Of a DNA stretch of 64,000 nt, positions 28,625-38,980 are shown one piece after another. Made by a program: the position numbers and the translations under genes. The stretch is from Candidatus Poribacteria bacterium (GTDB lineage Bacteria > Poribacteria > WGA-4E > WGA-3G), in assembly GCA_964291315.2 (NCBI GenBank), contig OZ219753.1, positions 64,001 to 128,000 of the forward strand, given 5' to 3'. Below the pieces are notes generated by a model that was given only the letters and a program-made list of their open reading frames with translations, did no database searches and was not told the DNA's origin. Positions within the stretch are counted from its first letter, which is position 1. Each line of letters begins with the position of its first letter.

Positions 28625-28770
28625 TAACGCGAGCTTGATAATTATTTGGATCCTCTTAGGAGTGCGAATGTCCAAGAGACCGACAACCTATGCTACAAAT
28701 CCCTTGCAGAGTAGCTGAACAGGTTATCGGACAAAAGCGTATCGCTAGCTCTACTTTCAAACTCACGTTA
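28625..28770. mobile_element. 146-bp MITE-like element
   Basis: Terminal inverted repeats TAACGCGAGCTTGATA and (reverse complement) TAACGTGAGTTTGAAA, 13/16 identical; internal partial REP (CTATGCTAC). Confidence 0.65.
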
Positions 28771-28815
28771 GTAGTAGCATTTAACTATCGTTAGATGCTC
28801 TTAATAGGGAAGCCT

Positions 28816-29319
28816 ATGGAAAACGAGAGTGACAGATCAACATTGTTTACCACTCGGAACACCGAAAGAGCCATGGTCTTCTTTACGATCGTGGGATGTG
28901 CATGTTTAGTAGGTATCTTTCTGCACGAATGGGGACATGAAAAAGAAAAGTGGTATGATGCACTCCGCACCGTTTTGGGAAATACGCCTAGCGTGCTAGC
29001 GTCTACAACACTATTAACCATTTTCAAGGAGGGTTTGGATATTATGTTTACGCGTTGGGAAGCATATCGCGACGAGCGAAAAAAGAAAATTGAAGAAGCT
29101 AGGAAAGCAGGCTATGAAGAAGGCTACAAGGCAGCAAAAGCCGAAAACTCGGATCTCGCTGCGGTTCAGGAGGGAGTTAAGACAGAAGAAGCGTCTGATA
29201 AAGATCGCGAACATCAGATCGCGACTTTCCTTGAGCTCGCTGCGGTTCAGGGCGAAACACTCCGTGAGATCGCTGAGGCACTCAAGGCGGCGGAAGCGTC
29301 TGATAAAGATCGCGAGTAG
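28816..29319 (+). CDS. Hypothetical membrane-anchored protein with a coiled/charged tail and internal duplication
   Basis: Two hydrophobic segments, EEARKAGYEEG, duplicated LAAVQ...EASDKDRE. Confidence 0.6.
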   Translation: MENESDRSTLFTTRNTERAMVFFTIVGCACLVGIFLHEWGHEKEKWYDALRTVLGNTPSVLASTTLLTIFKEGLDIMFTRWEAYRDERKKKIEEARKAGYEEGYKAAKAENSDLAAVQEGVKTEEASDKDREHQIATFLELAAVQGETLREIAEALKAAEASDKDRE

Positions 29320-29375
29320 TAGGAGGGTGTTGCTAGGAACGTTAATCGGTTTAGCCAAGAAGAGACTGACTTAGA

Positions 29376-29530
29376 TAACGCGAGCTTAATAATTATTGGG
29401 TTTATCTTTGGATAGAGAGAGGCTTGCAAAATCGGCCTGTTTTTGCTGCAAGTGTTGCGAATGTCTAGGAGACCGACAGTCTATGCTACAACTATACCGA
29501 ACAGATTATCAGACAAAAAAAGTCTGCTGT
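29376..29530. mobile_element. MITE-like element (right end degenerate)
   Basis: TAACGCGAGCTTAATAATTATT left end; gcgaatgtctaggagaccgacagtctatgctac is shared with the 28625 copy. Confidence 0.55.
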
Positions 29531-29628
29531 GGCTCTTTTGGAGCATAGACTCTTAGATTGGGCATTCGTATGCCCCTAACTGCAAAGCTTCCCCGGTGGT
29601 GTTCTGTTCTGAGAACTACGATATCCGT

Positions 29629-32600
29629 ATGCCGAAACTCAATATTAGACCTACCCACAAGCCGATCCGCGACTATTACGCCACGCTGCAGGTATATGAG
29701 CAACACAAGGCGACACACGAAGGCGCTGTCAGCAACCCGTTCGCCTTCTTGCTTGATACCTGCGCGAGGCAGGTGAATGCGGCGCTCATCCCGCAGTATC
29801 AGATGCATGCTCCCAACGGAAACCGCATCGTTATTGATGGCGCAATCTTGGATGAATATAGCCTGCCGATCGCTTATTGGGAGGCAAAAGACATGGATGA
29901 TGATCTCACCAAAGCCGTGGCAGACAAGCGTGCGGCGGGGTATCCGTTAGACAACATCCTGTTCCAGAACCCGCAGCGTGCTATTTTGTATCAGAACGGA
30001 GCAGAGGTGCTCGATGTAGACATTACTGCGCCGGTCTCTCTGATCGCTGCCCTTGAATGTCTGTTCGCTTATGTGCCGCCGGCATTGGAAAATTGGCAGT
30101 CGGCTGTCAACGACTTCAAAGAACATGTGCCGGCTCTCGCAGGCAAGTTGAAAGAGCTCATTAACGAACGACACGCGGTGGATACGGCATTCCAAGCAGC
30201 GTTCTCCAACTTCTATGAGACCTGTCGCACGGCAATTGACCCGGCACTCTCACGCGATGAAGTCGAAGAGATGCTGATCCAACACATCCTCACCGAACGC
30301 ATCTTCCGCACGGTGTTTAATAACTCCGATTTCACGCGCCGGAATATCATCGCAGGCGAGATTGAAAATGTGGTGGATAAACTGATCCATAGAGCGTTCA
30401 GCCGGGATGTGTTTCTTGAGCCTTTAGATCGTTTCTACAGTGCTATTGAACAGGCGGCGCTATTCTGCAAAGACTTCTCACAGAAACAGAGCTTCCTCAA
30501 TACGTTCTATGAGAAGTTCTTTCAAGGGTTCTCTAAAGATACCGCCGACACACACGGGATTGTCTACACGCCGCAGCCGATCGTGGATTTCATGGTCAAC
30601 AGTGTGCAACATATATTAGAGGCCGAGTTTGCTCGTTCGCTGTCGGATAGTGGCGTGCATATCATAGACCCGTTTGTCGGCACGGGCAACTTCATCGTGC
30701 GGCTGATGCAGTCCCTGGATCCGATCTCCCTGGAGCGAAAATACACCGCAGATCCGCCTGAACTCCACTGCAACGAGGTGATGCTTTTGCCGTATTACAT
30801 TGCGAGTCTGAACATCGAGCAGGAGTATTTCCGTCGGACGGGTGCGTATCTGCCGTTTGAGGGGATCGTGCTGGCGGATACGTTCGAGCTACTTGAGCCG
30901 GAGCAGGGACAGCTCTTCACGCGCGAAAACACAGAGCGGGTGAAAGGACAGAAGTCATCGGAGATGTTCGTGGTGATCGGCAATCCGCCCTACAACACCG
31001 GGCAGGACGACGAGAACGACAATAACAAGAATAGGAAGTATCCGCTCATGGATGCAAGAGTTCGGGACACCTATTCGCAAGATTCAAAGGCCTCGAACAA
31101 AAAAGCCCTCTCGGATCCGTATGTGAAAGCGATCCGCTGGGCCTCCGATCGTATTGGAGCAGAGGGCATCGTGGCACTTGTGACGAACAATAGTTTTCTG
31201 GACGGCATCGCGTTTGATGGGATGCGGAAGCATCTGGCACAGGACTTCACTAAGATTTATCATATTGACATGAAAGGAGATGCCCGCACCTCGGGCGAGC
31301 GGCGCCGAAAAGAGGGCGGCAATGTTTTTGACGATCAGGTCCGGGTGGGTGTCGGTATCAGTTTCTTCATCAAAAAGGCTGGGTCGCCGGGTGCCTCTGC
31401 GGAGGTTTGGCTCTATGCTGTTGACGACTATATGACATCTCGGGAGAAGCAGGATGTGTTGGTCGAGTTCGGCGACTATACAAGTGTTCCATTGAAGCGA
31501 TCGGTGTTAGATACGAGGTATACTTGGCTCACGGAAGGTCTTCGTTCTGAGTTTGAGACCTTTGTTCCGATGGGAACTAAGTCAGCGAAGGCGGCACGAG
31601 GAACGGGATCGGGCGCGATTTTCAAAACCTATAGCAACGGCGTGAGTACTAATCGTGATGCGTGGGTCTATAATTTCAACCGAGACGCGCTCACTGAAAA
31701 TATAAGTCGGATGATAGAAAATTACAACGCAGAAGTGGCGCGTTGGACACAACGGAGAAATAGAGAGGTGCCCGTTGATAATTTTGTGGTCTATGACGAT
31801 ACAAAAATCAAGTGGAGTTCGACGTTAAAGCAGAAACTACAGAGCGGTCAGACGACAGCATTTACAGATGCGAAAATCCGTTCCAGTCTCTATAGACCTT
31901 TTACAAAATCCAACCTCTACTTTGACCGAATGATGAACCATAGGGTAGCAGGCTTTCCATCTATCTTCCCTACGCCGGAGACGGAATCAGAAAATCGGGT
32001 GCTCTGTGTCAACGGTATCGGCAGCAAGAAACCTTTTCATCCATTGATGGTAGCTGCGATTCCGTGTCTTGGTATAATCGATGCGAATCAGTCGTTTCCC
32101 TTCTATATCTACGACGAAGACGGTACAAACCGCCGCGAAAATATCACCGATTGGGCGTTATTCACGTTCCGCTCTCACTACAAGGACGATGCCATCAGCA
32201 AGTGGGACATCTTCCACTATACCTATGGGCTCCTGCATCATCCCGACTATCGCCAGAGATACGAGGCGAACCTCAAGCGCGATCTGCCGCATATCCCCTT
32301 CACCGCAGACTTCTGGGCATTCGCTACCGCAGGCGCACAACTCGCAGAGCTCCACGCCAACTACGACTCTCAACCGAAATATGAAAAACTCAGGTTGATG
32401 CAGAACGCCGAGGTGCCGCTCAATTGGCGTGTGGAGAAGATGCAGCTGTCGAAAGACAGAACACAGTTGAAATATAACGAGTTCTTGACGTTGGAGGGTA
32501 TCCCTGCCGAGGCGTTTGCTTATCGGTTAGGCACTCGTTCAGCGTTGGCGTGGGTGATAGATCAGTATTGTGTGAAGACGCACAATCGGAGCGGACTGGT

Positions 32601-32745
32601 CAACGATCCGAATTGTGCGGATGCGCCGCGGTATATTGTGGATTTAGTGGCGCGCGTTATCAGTGTCAGTCTTCGGACGGTAGAGATTGTTAAGAATTTA
32701 CCGGAATTGTCTTTAGCCACTGAGTCACCCGGACCTTACACGTAA
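29629..32745 (+). CDS. Single-chain restriction-modification enzyme (nuclease + N6-adenine MTase + Type ISP/LlaBIII-like TRD, no helicase)
   Basis: IDG..WEAK (PD-(D/E)xK), GIVYTP, DPFVGTGNF, IGNPPY, SLYRPF, DIFHYTYGLLH. Confidence 0.88.
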   Translation: MPKLNIRPTHKPIRDYYATLQVYEQHKATHEGAVSNPFAFLLDTCARQVNAALIPQYQMHAPNGNRIVIDGAILDEYSLPIAYWEAKDMDDDLTKAVADKRAAGYPLDNILFQNPQRAILYQNGAEVLDVDITAPVSLIAALECLFAYVPPALENWQSAVNDFKEHVPALAGKLKELINERHAVDTAFQAAFSNFYETCRTAIDPALSRDEVEEMLIQHILTERIFRTVFNNSDFTRRNIIAGEIENVVDKLIHRAFSRDVFLEPLDRFYSAIEQAALFCKDFSQKQSFLNTFYEKFFQGFSKDTADTHGIVYTPQPIVDFMVNSVQHILEAEFARSLSDSGVHIIDPFVGTGNFIVRLMQSLDPISLERKYTADPPELHCNEVMLLPYYIASLNIEQEYFRRTGAYLPFEGIVLADTFELLEPEQGQLFTRENTERVKGQKSSEMFVVIGNPPYNTGQDDENDNNKNRKYPLMDARVRDTYSQDSKASNKKALSDPYVKAIRWASDRIGAEGIVALVTNNSFLDGIAFDGMRKHLAQDFTKIYHIDMKGDARTSGERRRKEGGNVFDDQVRVGVGISFFIKKAGSPGASAEVWLYAVDDYMTSREKQDVLVEFGDYTSVPLKRSVLDTRYTWLTEGLRSEFETFVPMGTKSAKAARGTGSGAIFKTYSNGVSTNRDAWVYNFNRDALTENISRMIENYNAEVARWTQRRNREVPVDNFVVYDDTKIKWSSTLKQKLQSGQTTAFTDAKIRSSLYRPFTKSNLYFDRMMNHRVAGFPSIFPTPETESENRVLCVNGIGSKKPFHPLMVAAIPCLGIIDANQSFPFYIYDEDGTNRRENITDWALFTFRSHYKDDAISKWDIFHYTYGLLHHPDYRQRYEANLKRDLPHIPFTADFWAFATAGAQLAELHANYDSQPKYEKLRLMQNAEVPLNWRVEKMQLSKDRTQLKYNEFLTLEGIPAEAFAYRLGTRSALAWVIDQYCVKTHNRSGLVNDPNCADAPRYIVDLVARVISVSLRTVEIVKNLPELSLATESPGPYT

Positions 32746-32847
32746 CGCTGAAACAAGCAACGTGAGATCGGTTGTTTCGGTTGTGCAAGGTCCCTCTTTG
32801 TTGAAAAAAACGTCAAGTGATTATCAAACTCCGCTTAATATTTACGT

Positions 32848-34266
32848 TTAACTGTCCAAATGGAAGATTGCCATCTTCAATTCGGTCATTTCCTCTATAG
32901 CGTATTTTGGTCCTTCCTTACCCATACCGCTCTCTTTAACGCCCCCGTATGGCATGAGGTCTGCTCGCCACTGTGTTCCCCAGTTGACCATGAGGTTGCC
33001 GGATTCAACTTCTCGGACGAACCGCATTGCCCAGTCGATGTTTTGCGTAAAAATGGCGGCGCTCAGTCCGTAGTTTGTGTCGTTGGCGACGGAGATGGCT
33101 TCGTCAATATCGTTAACTTGCGTCACGCCGACGGCGGGTCCGAAAACTTCGTCACATGAGATTTTCATCTCCGGTTTGACGTTTGCGAGGATTGCGGGTG
33201 TAACGAATTGGTCTTGCTTATCGCCGCCTGTCAGGAGTTCAGCTCCGTCTGCGACGGCTTCTTGGATCCATTCGGTGACGCGGGTGGCATCTCCTTCGCG
33301 GATCATTGGCCCCATGCGTGTGCCTTCTGCCAGGGGATCACCGGTGTTGATTTTGGTGACTTCGGCCTTGAAGGCATCTAAGAAGTCGGCGTAGATTTTC
33401 TCGTGTGCGATGACGCGCTGCGTTGAAATGCAGACTTGTCCTGCATTAGAATAACCGGAGGCGGCTGCTGCGCGTGCGACTTTTTCGGGGTCAGCGTCGG
33501 GCATGACAATAAGCGGTGAATTCGATCCGAGTTCCATTGTAACGCGTTTCAAACCGGCGACACGGCATATATGCTCTCCGACATCCCGGCTGCCGGTGAA
33601 GGTAATCTTCCGGACGCGTGGGTCTGCGCAGAGGGTATCCCCGATTTCGCCCCCGGGGCCCGTGACACACTGAATTGCTTCAGGTGGTGTGCCTGCTTCT
33701 AGAAAGAGTTCGACGAGTTTGAGGGCGGAGAGCGGGGTGTCTGTCGCGGGCTTAATGATAATAGCGTTTCCGCCGGCAATTGCGGGCCCGGCTTTGTGGC
33801 AGACGAGGTGCAATGGGAAGTTAAACGGACTAATCCCTGCAACGACACCACACGGCATGCGAACTGTAAAGCCGAGTTTGCCTTTGGCGCCCGGTGCTCC
33901 TTCGAGGGGAATAGTTTCACCTGTCAAGCGTTTGGCTTCTTCTGCGGAGAGGGCGATAATTTCAGCGGCGCGGGTTGCTTCCATTGTTGCTTCAGCGAGG
34001 ATTTTTCCTTCTTCGCGAGTGATAACTTCAGCAAGTTCGGCTGACCGCTCCATCATCAGGTCTGCGACTTTGTGCAGGATTTCGTAGCGTTCATAGCCGG
34101 TCATGCCTGCCATGATTTTTGCGCCGCGCTCCGCCGTTTGAATAGCGGTTTCAACATCGGATGCATTTCCTTTCGGCACGGTATCAACAACCGACCCGTC
34201 AAAGGGGCTGAGGACTTCAATTTTGTCGGATTTATCAATCCATTTTCCACCTACGTGCATTTGCAT
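32848..34266 (-). CDS. Aldehyde dehydrogenase
   Basis: PFNFP, FTGS, ELGSN, GQVCIS, EVFGP, YGL motifs. Confidence 0.95.
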   Translation of the reverse strand: MQMHVGGKWIDKSDKIEVLSPFDGSVVDTVPKGNASDVETAIQTAERGAKIMAGMTGYERYEILHKVADLMMERSAELAEVITREEGKILAEATMEATRAAEIIALSAEEAKRLTGETIPLEGAPGAKGKLGFTVRMPCGVVAGISPFNFPLHLVCHKAGPAIAGGNAIIIKPATDTPLSALKLVELFLEAGTPPEAIQCVTGPGGEIGDTLCADPRVRKITFTGSRDVGEHICRVAGLKRVTMELGSNSPLIVMPDADPEKVARAAAASGYSNAGQVCISTQRVIAHEKIYADFLDAFKAEVTKINTGDPLAEGTRMGPMIREGDATRVTEWIQEAVADGAELLTGGDKQDQFVTPAILANVKPEMKISCDEVFGPAVGVTQVNDIDEAISVANDTNYGLSAAIFTQNIDWAMRFVREVESGNLMVNWGTQWRADLMPYGGVKESGMGKEGPKYAIEEMTELKMAIFHLDS

Positions 34267-34538
34267 AATGTATTCTTCTCCATTTTTACTACTGCGTTAG
34301 ACTGTATGCAGGTTAATTTTTAGATTTTAGCAGTGTTCAAGGCGTTAAGTTCATCTTCAGAGAGTACGTTGGTAAAAAAATGAGCGGGGCGAAAAGCCCA
34401 AATGAACATCACAAATTTCACAGGTGTGATGCCAATTCCCATCGTAACGTGGCACATTCCCTCTGATAAAGTCAATATGGACAATCTTTATGAGGCCGCT
34501 TTCATGTTTTCATAGTGTGTTCTTTACTCCGCTAGGAG

Positions 34539-35015
34539 TTACTCATCACGGCGGATCCAACTGACGACATCTTCCGCTTCACCGGTTCCGCCTTCAACGC
34601 CATCGCTTCCGAAGGATATGAGGTCGTATCCATATCGGTCGTGGTTGCCTGGACGGATATAGATATAAGGGTTGCCCCAAGGATCTTCTGTAATTGGAAT
34701 TTGAATGTAGGGTGCTACCCAATTTATAGGGCTGGGTGGTGCTTCAGGTTTCTCCCAGAGCGCTTTCAAACCTTGTTCGGTTGAAGGGTAGTCCCCATTA
34801 TCCTTAGCGTATCTATCTAGAGCGATGCCGAGTGTCTCTATATCCTCAGCGGCTTGTGTTTGTAGGGCCCGTCCTGCTTGTCCGAGCAGTCTGGGGGCCA
34901 AAAGCACTGCGGCAATAATTCCGAGGATAACGACACCGACCAAAATTTGTACGGACGTTAATCCTGCTTGTTTAGACTCAATTGATTTCACACATTTCCT
35001 CCACAATCTGTGCAT
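34539..35015 (-). CDS. gspG: Type II secretion major pseudopilin GspG-like
   Basis: Hydrophobic N-terminal helix after QAG, YPSTEQGLKAL, DPWGNPY, SFGSDGVEGG. Confidence 0.85.
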   Translation of the reverse strand: MHRLWRKCVKSIESKQAGLTSVQILVGVVILGIIAAVLLAPRLLGQAGRALQTQAAEDIETLGIALDRYAKDNGDYPSTEQGLKALWEKPEAPPSPINWVAPYIQIPITEDPWGNPYIYIRPGNHDRYGYDLISFGSDGVEGGTGEAEDVVSWIRRDE

Positions 35016-35383
35016 GCATGCTTAATCTGACGTAGCAGAGACAAGAGAGCGTTCCGCTCGGCTCTCAGTTATCAGTACCCCGTTTGTGGTGGTAAAAAGG
35101 TTATTACTCGCTACACGATTTGCTGACTATTGACTGCTATAACGTTGACAACCGTTTTTTTAAGTGTATCATAATTACATGAATTGTGTCAATTTTATTT
35201 GAGAGGTGGATGCTTGCCCTGTACCGCTTGCTAAAAGCTTGGGTGTGAGTCTACGTCTAAAGCTATAGGCGAGCGTGGTTTGAAATTAGCGTTGACTTTC
35301 TGCTAAGAATGGTGTATACGTATAATATAGCGTGTGCTGGATGTAAGCTTCCAAAATCTATAAGGCAAAGGCGGAATTTGGAG

Positions 35384-36592
35384 ATGGCAAGAACAGTTTG
35401 CATTGTTGGAACAATGGATACGAAAGGCGTAGAATTCTCATTCGTCAAATCTCAGATAGAATCGGCGGGCGTGTCAACATGTGTCGTCGATACAGGTATA
35501 TTGGGAGAACCGCGCTTAACCCCGGACGTTTCTGCGGGTGAAGTTGCCCGGGCTGGCGGTTCATCGCTCCAGGCCCTGCAAGCTGAAGCCGATCGAGGTA
35601 ACAGTGTTGCTGTGATGGCAGAGGGCGCTGCTACGCTTGTGGCTGAGAAATACGCCGATGGAGAAATTGATGGGATCATCTCGCTCGGCGGCTCTGCGGG
35701 GACGACGATTGGCACTACAGCGATGCAAGCGGTTCCGGTCGGTGTGCCAAAGATTATGGTTTCAACCCTGGCATCGGGGGATACAGGCCCGTATGTGCAA
35801 TCGAAAGATATTTGTATGATGTACTCTGTCGTGGATATTGCGGGTATCAACCGGCTGTCCCGTCGGATTCTGGCCAATGCTGCTGGTGCAATCGTCGGTA
35901 TGGTGAACACAGCGTTACCGGCAGTCACAGCAGACAAGCCGCTCATCGCAGCGACGATGTTCGGGGTAACAACCCCGTGTGTTACAAGAGCCCGCGAAGT
36001 TCTTGAAGCCGCTGGCTATGAAGTACTCGTTTTTCACGCAACCGGTACGGGTGGGCAGGCCATGGAAGACCTTGTGAGGGATGGTTTCCTTGTGGGGGTG
36101 TTGGACGTGACAACCACAGAACTCGCTGACGAATTGGTAGGTGGAATTCTCAGTGCTGGTCCTGACCGGTTAGAAGCTGCGGGAGAACTCGGACTGCCAC
36201 AAGTTGTGGCGCCCGGGGCATTGGATATGGTGAATTTTGGACCTCCTGACACGGTGCCGGAGCAATTCAGCGACCGGCTTTTTTATCAGCACAATCCGAC
36301 AGTAACACTGATGCGGACGACACCTGAAGAAATGGCTGAACTGGGACGGATCATGGCGCGTAAACTTCGTGAGGCGCGTGGGCCCACAACGGTCCTCATT
36401 CCAACCCAAGGGGTCTCGGCGATTGACAAGACCGGACAGCCCTTTGATGTCCCAGAAGCGCGGTCTGCATGGATTGAGACTCTGAAAGCACATATCGGTG
36501 ATAATGTGAGAATTATTGAGATGGACGCTCACATCAACGATGACGAATTTGCAACGAGACTTGCAGAAACGTTATTAGCGAGCATGGCATAG
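35384..36592 (+). CDS. Tm-1-like ATP-binding protein (UPF0261)
   Basis: GTMDTKG, GGSAGT, MFGVTTPC, FHATGTGG, GALDMVNF motifs. Confidence 0.9.
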   Translation: MARTVCIVGTMDTKGVEFSFVKSQIESAGVSTCVVDTGILGEPRLTPDVSAGEVARAGGSSLQALQAEADRGNSVAVMAEGAATLVAEKYADGEIDGIISLGGSAGTTIGTTAMQAVPVGVPKIMVSTLASGDTGPYVQSKDICMMYSVVDIAGINRLSRRILANAAGAIVGMVNTALPAVTADKPLIAATMFGVTTPCVTRAREVLEAAGYEVLVFHATGTGGQAMEDLVRDGFLVGVLDVTTTELADELVGGILSAGPDRLEAAGELGLPQVVAPGALDMVNFGPPDTVPEQFSDRLFYQHNPTVTLMRTTPEEMAELGRIMARKLREARGPTTVLIPTQGVSAIDKTGQPFDVPEARSAWIETLKAHIGDNVRIIEMDAHINDDEFATRLAETLLASMA

Positions 36593-36603
36593 AGAGGAAA
36601 TAC

Positions 36604-37503
36604 ATGGTGAAGACCTATAGAACACTTGCCCAAGCAGATGTTGATCACTTTGTTGAGAGAGGACATGTTGTCTTGAAAGGCTGCTTCTCGCGCGAGCTGG
36701 CAGAAGAGTGGCGATCATTCGCTTTTGAGCGCTTGGGTTACGATCCAGACGATCCTACGACTTGGGAGCAACCGCGTGTTCACCTACCTTCTATGAACAG
36801 GGTGGTGATTGCAGATGTTGCGCCGAGGGCATGGGCGGCTATCTGTGATCTGCTGGGTGGGGAAGACAGGATTGTCAATCCTTGGAGCGACGGGAAACCG
36901 GGCTGGAGCGACGGCTTTATTATCAATTTTGCATTGGGTGCAGAGACAGCGTGGCAACCGCCTTCGCCAGAAGTAGGCGGTTGGCATAAAGATGGCGATT
37001 TTTTTCGCCACTTTCTGGATAGTCCGGAACAGGGGCTGCTTACGATTGTCGTCTGGTCGGATATCCATCCGAAAAGCGGTGGAACGTTCGTCGCTTGTGA
37101 TTCGGTCCAGCATGTTGCGCAGCGGTTGTATGAACACCCGGAGGGGTTATTACCGGGCGATTTCGGTGGACTCATCGAAAAATGTAAAGATTTTGTAGAA
37201 ATTACAGGCGAGGCAGGAGATGTTGTGTTGCTGCACCCGTTCGTCTTGCATGCAGCTTCACAGAATCCCTCTGGCCGTGCGCGTTTCATAACGAATCCGC
37301 CTGTTGCTCTCAGGGAGCCGATGGATTTCAATCGTGAAGATTCAGGTGATTTTTCACCGGTGGAATTGGCGGTTCTGCGCGGGTTGCAGAAGGAGCGTTT
37401 GGCTTTCAAGCCGCTGGCACCGCGTGAACGCCTTGTGCCAGCGCGCATCCAACGCCAGCAGAAGATGCTTGCAGAGCAGAAAGAGCGGCTCGGAATGGCT
37501 TAA
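36604..37503 (+). CDS. PhyH-like Fe/2OG dioxygenase
   Basis: WHKD facial-triad start, GGT, GDVVLLHPFVLHA. Confidence 0.8.
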   Translation: MVKTYRTLAQADVDHFVERGHVVLKGCFSRELAEEWRSFAFERLGYDPDDPTTWEQPRVHLPSMNRVVIADVAPRAWAAICDLLGGEDRIVNPWSDGKPGWSDGFIINFALGAETAWQPPSPEVGGWHKDGDFFRHFLDSPEQGLLTIVVWSDIHPKSGGTFVACDSVQHVAQRLYEHPEGLLPGDFGGLIEKCKDFVEITGEAGDVVLLHPFVLHAASQNPSGRARFITNPPVALREPMDFNREDSGDFSPVELAVLRGLQKERLAFKPLAPRERLVPARIQRQQKMLAEQKERLGMA

Positions 37504-37640
37504 CAGTTGGGGCGAGGCTTTCTCATCTCGCCCTGTTTCTCCAAAGCGCCACGGCAGTTCACTGCACAGCCACGAAACGTTCTCAACCTCATGCAAATAG
37601 GGTCGGCAATTTGAATGGCTCTGGATTAGAAATAAAGATC

Positions 37641-38160
37641 TTGACATACTTAACAGTTTAAGATATAATTAAAATCAAAAGTATGGGAAAAGACAATCCG
37701 AGGGTAACACCGATGGGTTCTGTTAAGTCTATCAAGGTTAATCAATGAAATGCATGAAAGATTTGTACACCAACATCACATCCGAAACGGTGGCAGTATT
37801 TAGCCCACTAATCCTGCGCAGCGGTTTCCGTATCCCGTCGGTGCTGCTGTCCAGTTGCTTTTTAGCAACTTACCCCCCCCCTCTACTTCACACACAGTAA
37901 GTATTTATTCCACCTATCCCAAAATACGTACAGGTTCCGTCGAGCTACCCACTTTGCGCATGTTTGCCGGCTTTTGCAACAGCACATCGAGCCCCTCCTG
38001 AAGCGCGTCATGTGGGGGAGGATTGATGGAATGAAACTCGATCCCATACTAAAAGAAGCAGGATCCCTCTTTTTTTATACGTTTCATATTGCTGTTTCGT
38101 CTTGACACATTTTAGGCGGCTTTCGGCACTGCTATTTAACCTCATCACAAGGAGATTAGA
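37641..38160 (+). promoter_or_regulatory. Conserved promoter/leader cassette with C9 tract, copy A
   Basis: TTGACA-N17-TATAAT (37641-37669), hairpin 37712-37733, MKCMK ORF 37745-37900, TTGCTTTTTAGCAA (37855-37868), C9 (37873-37881). Confidence 0.75.
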
Positions 38161-38883
38161 ATGAATCCATACACCCATTTAATAAAGTTAACAAACATCG
38201 CAGTGTTAGCTACAATACCGCTGCTCTTCGGGTGCGCCAACTTAACGGAAACCCTCTCCGCAAGTGGTTCTAACCACTTCCGCAAGACACGATGGGGGTA
38301 CACCCAAGAGATGGTCCTCGTTGCAGAGCAAGGCAAACGCTTGTTTCTCAGAAAAGGCAATACGCTCGTTTTCAATCACCGCATTGGCGATGTGCCGCTC
38401 AAGATTGTCTATACGTTCAAGAACAATAGGCTGAGAGCCGCGGGCTATATCACCGATCGACCCGTAAAGGGGGCAGATAAACTCGTAGATCATACCGTTA
38501 AAGAACTCGGGGAACCCTCGAAAAAGCTTGAGGATGAAATGATCTGGCTTGACGATGAAACGCTGGTTTATTTGAACGCTTATACCTCCCAGATAATTGA
38601 CCGAGGGGGGAAATACAAGGCATCGGGAGGTATCTTCAATCTCTTGGAGCCGCCCGAAGAAGAGGAAGAAGAGAAAGAGACCGAAACACTCTGGGACGGC
38701 GTGTGGGCATACATCGATCTAGACTTTTACATAGAGATGCGCGAAGTGGATTTCCCGTTAGATGAGATGTCTCTTTATGAGAAACAGCTGTTTGGTGTGC
38801 TGAAAAGAAGGACAATTAAGACCTATATTACAAATAGTGGGAAACTCTCTATTTCAGGTGAACTCCCTATTTCAGATAGATAG
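38161..38883 (+). CDS. Hypothetical lipoprotein
   Basis: RBS AAGGAG, lipobox LFGC, FRKTRWG motif, acidic EEEEEE stretch. Confidence 0.75.
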   Translation: MNPYTHLIKLTNIAVLATIPLLFGCANLTETLSASGSNHFRKTRWGYTQEMVLVAEQGKRLFLRKGNTLVFNHRIGDVPLKIVYTFKNNRLRAAGYITDRPVKGADKLVDHTVKELGEPSKKLEDEMIWLDDETLVYLNAYTSQIIDRGGKYKASGGIFNLLEPPEEEEEEKETETLWDGVWAYIDLDFYIEMREVDFPLDEMSLYEKQLFGVLKRRTIKTYITNSGKLSISGELPISDR

Positions 38884-38980
38884 GAACCAACGCAGTGGTT
38901 TGATAAATATTTCACTGTCTTCTTCGCCCAAAGAAAACGGGCCAAGTATCCCTAAATACTAAGATTTTTTAAACTTACGT

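Noticed and set aside
34317-34480. Possible LamG remnant on the minus strand (DGNWHH in one frame, FFTNVLSEDELNAL in another)
   Set aside because: Matches are too short to separate from chance without an HMM search.
36780-37448. 222-aa minus-strand ORF
   Set aside because: Antisense to the PhyH-like gene, with no domain features.
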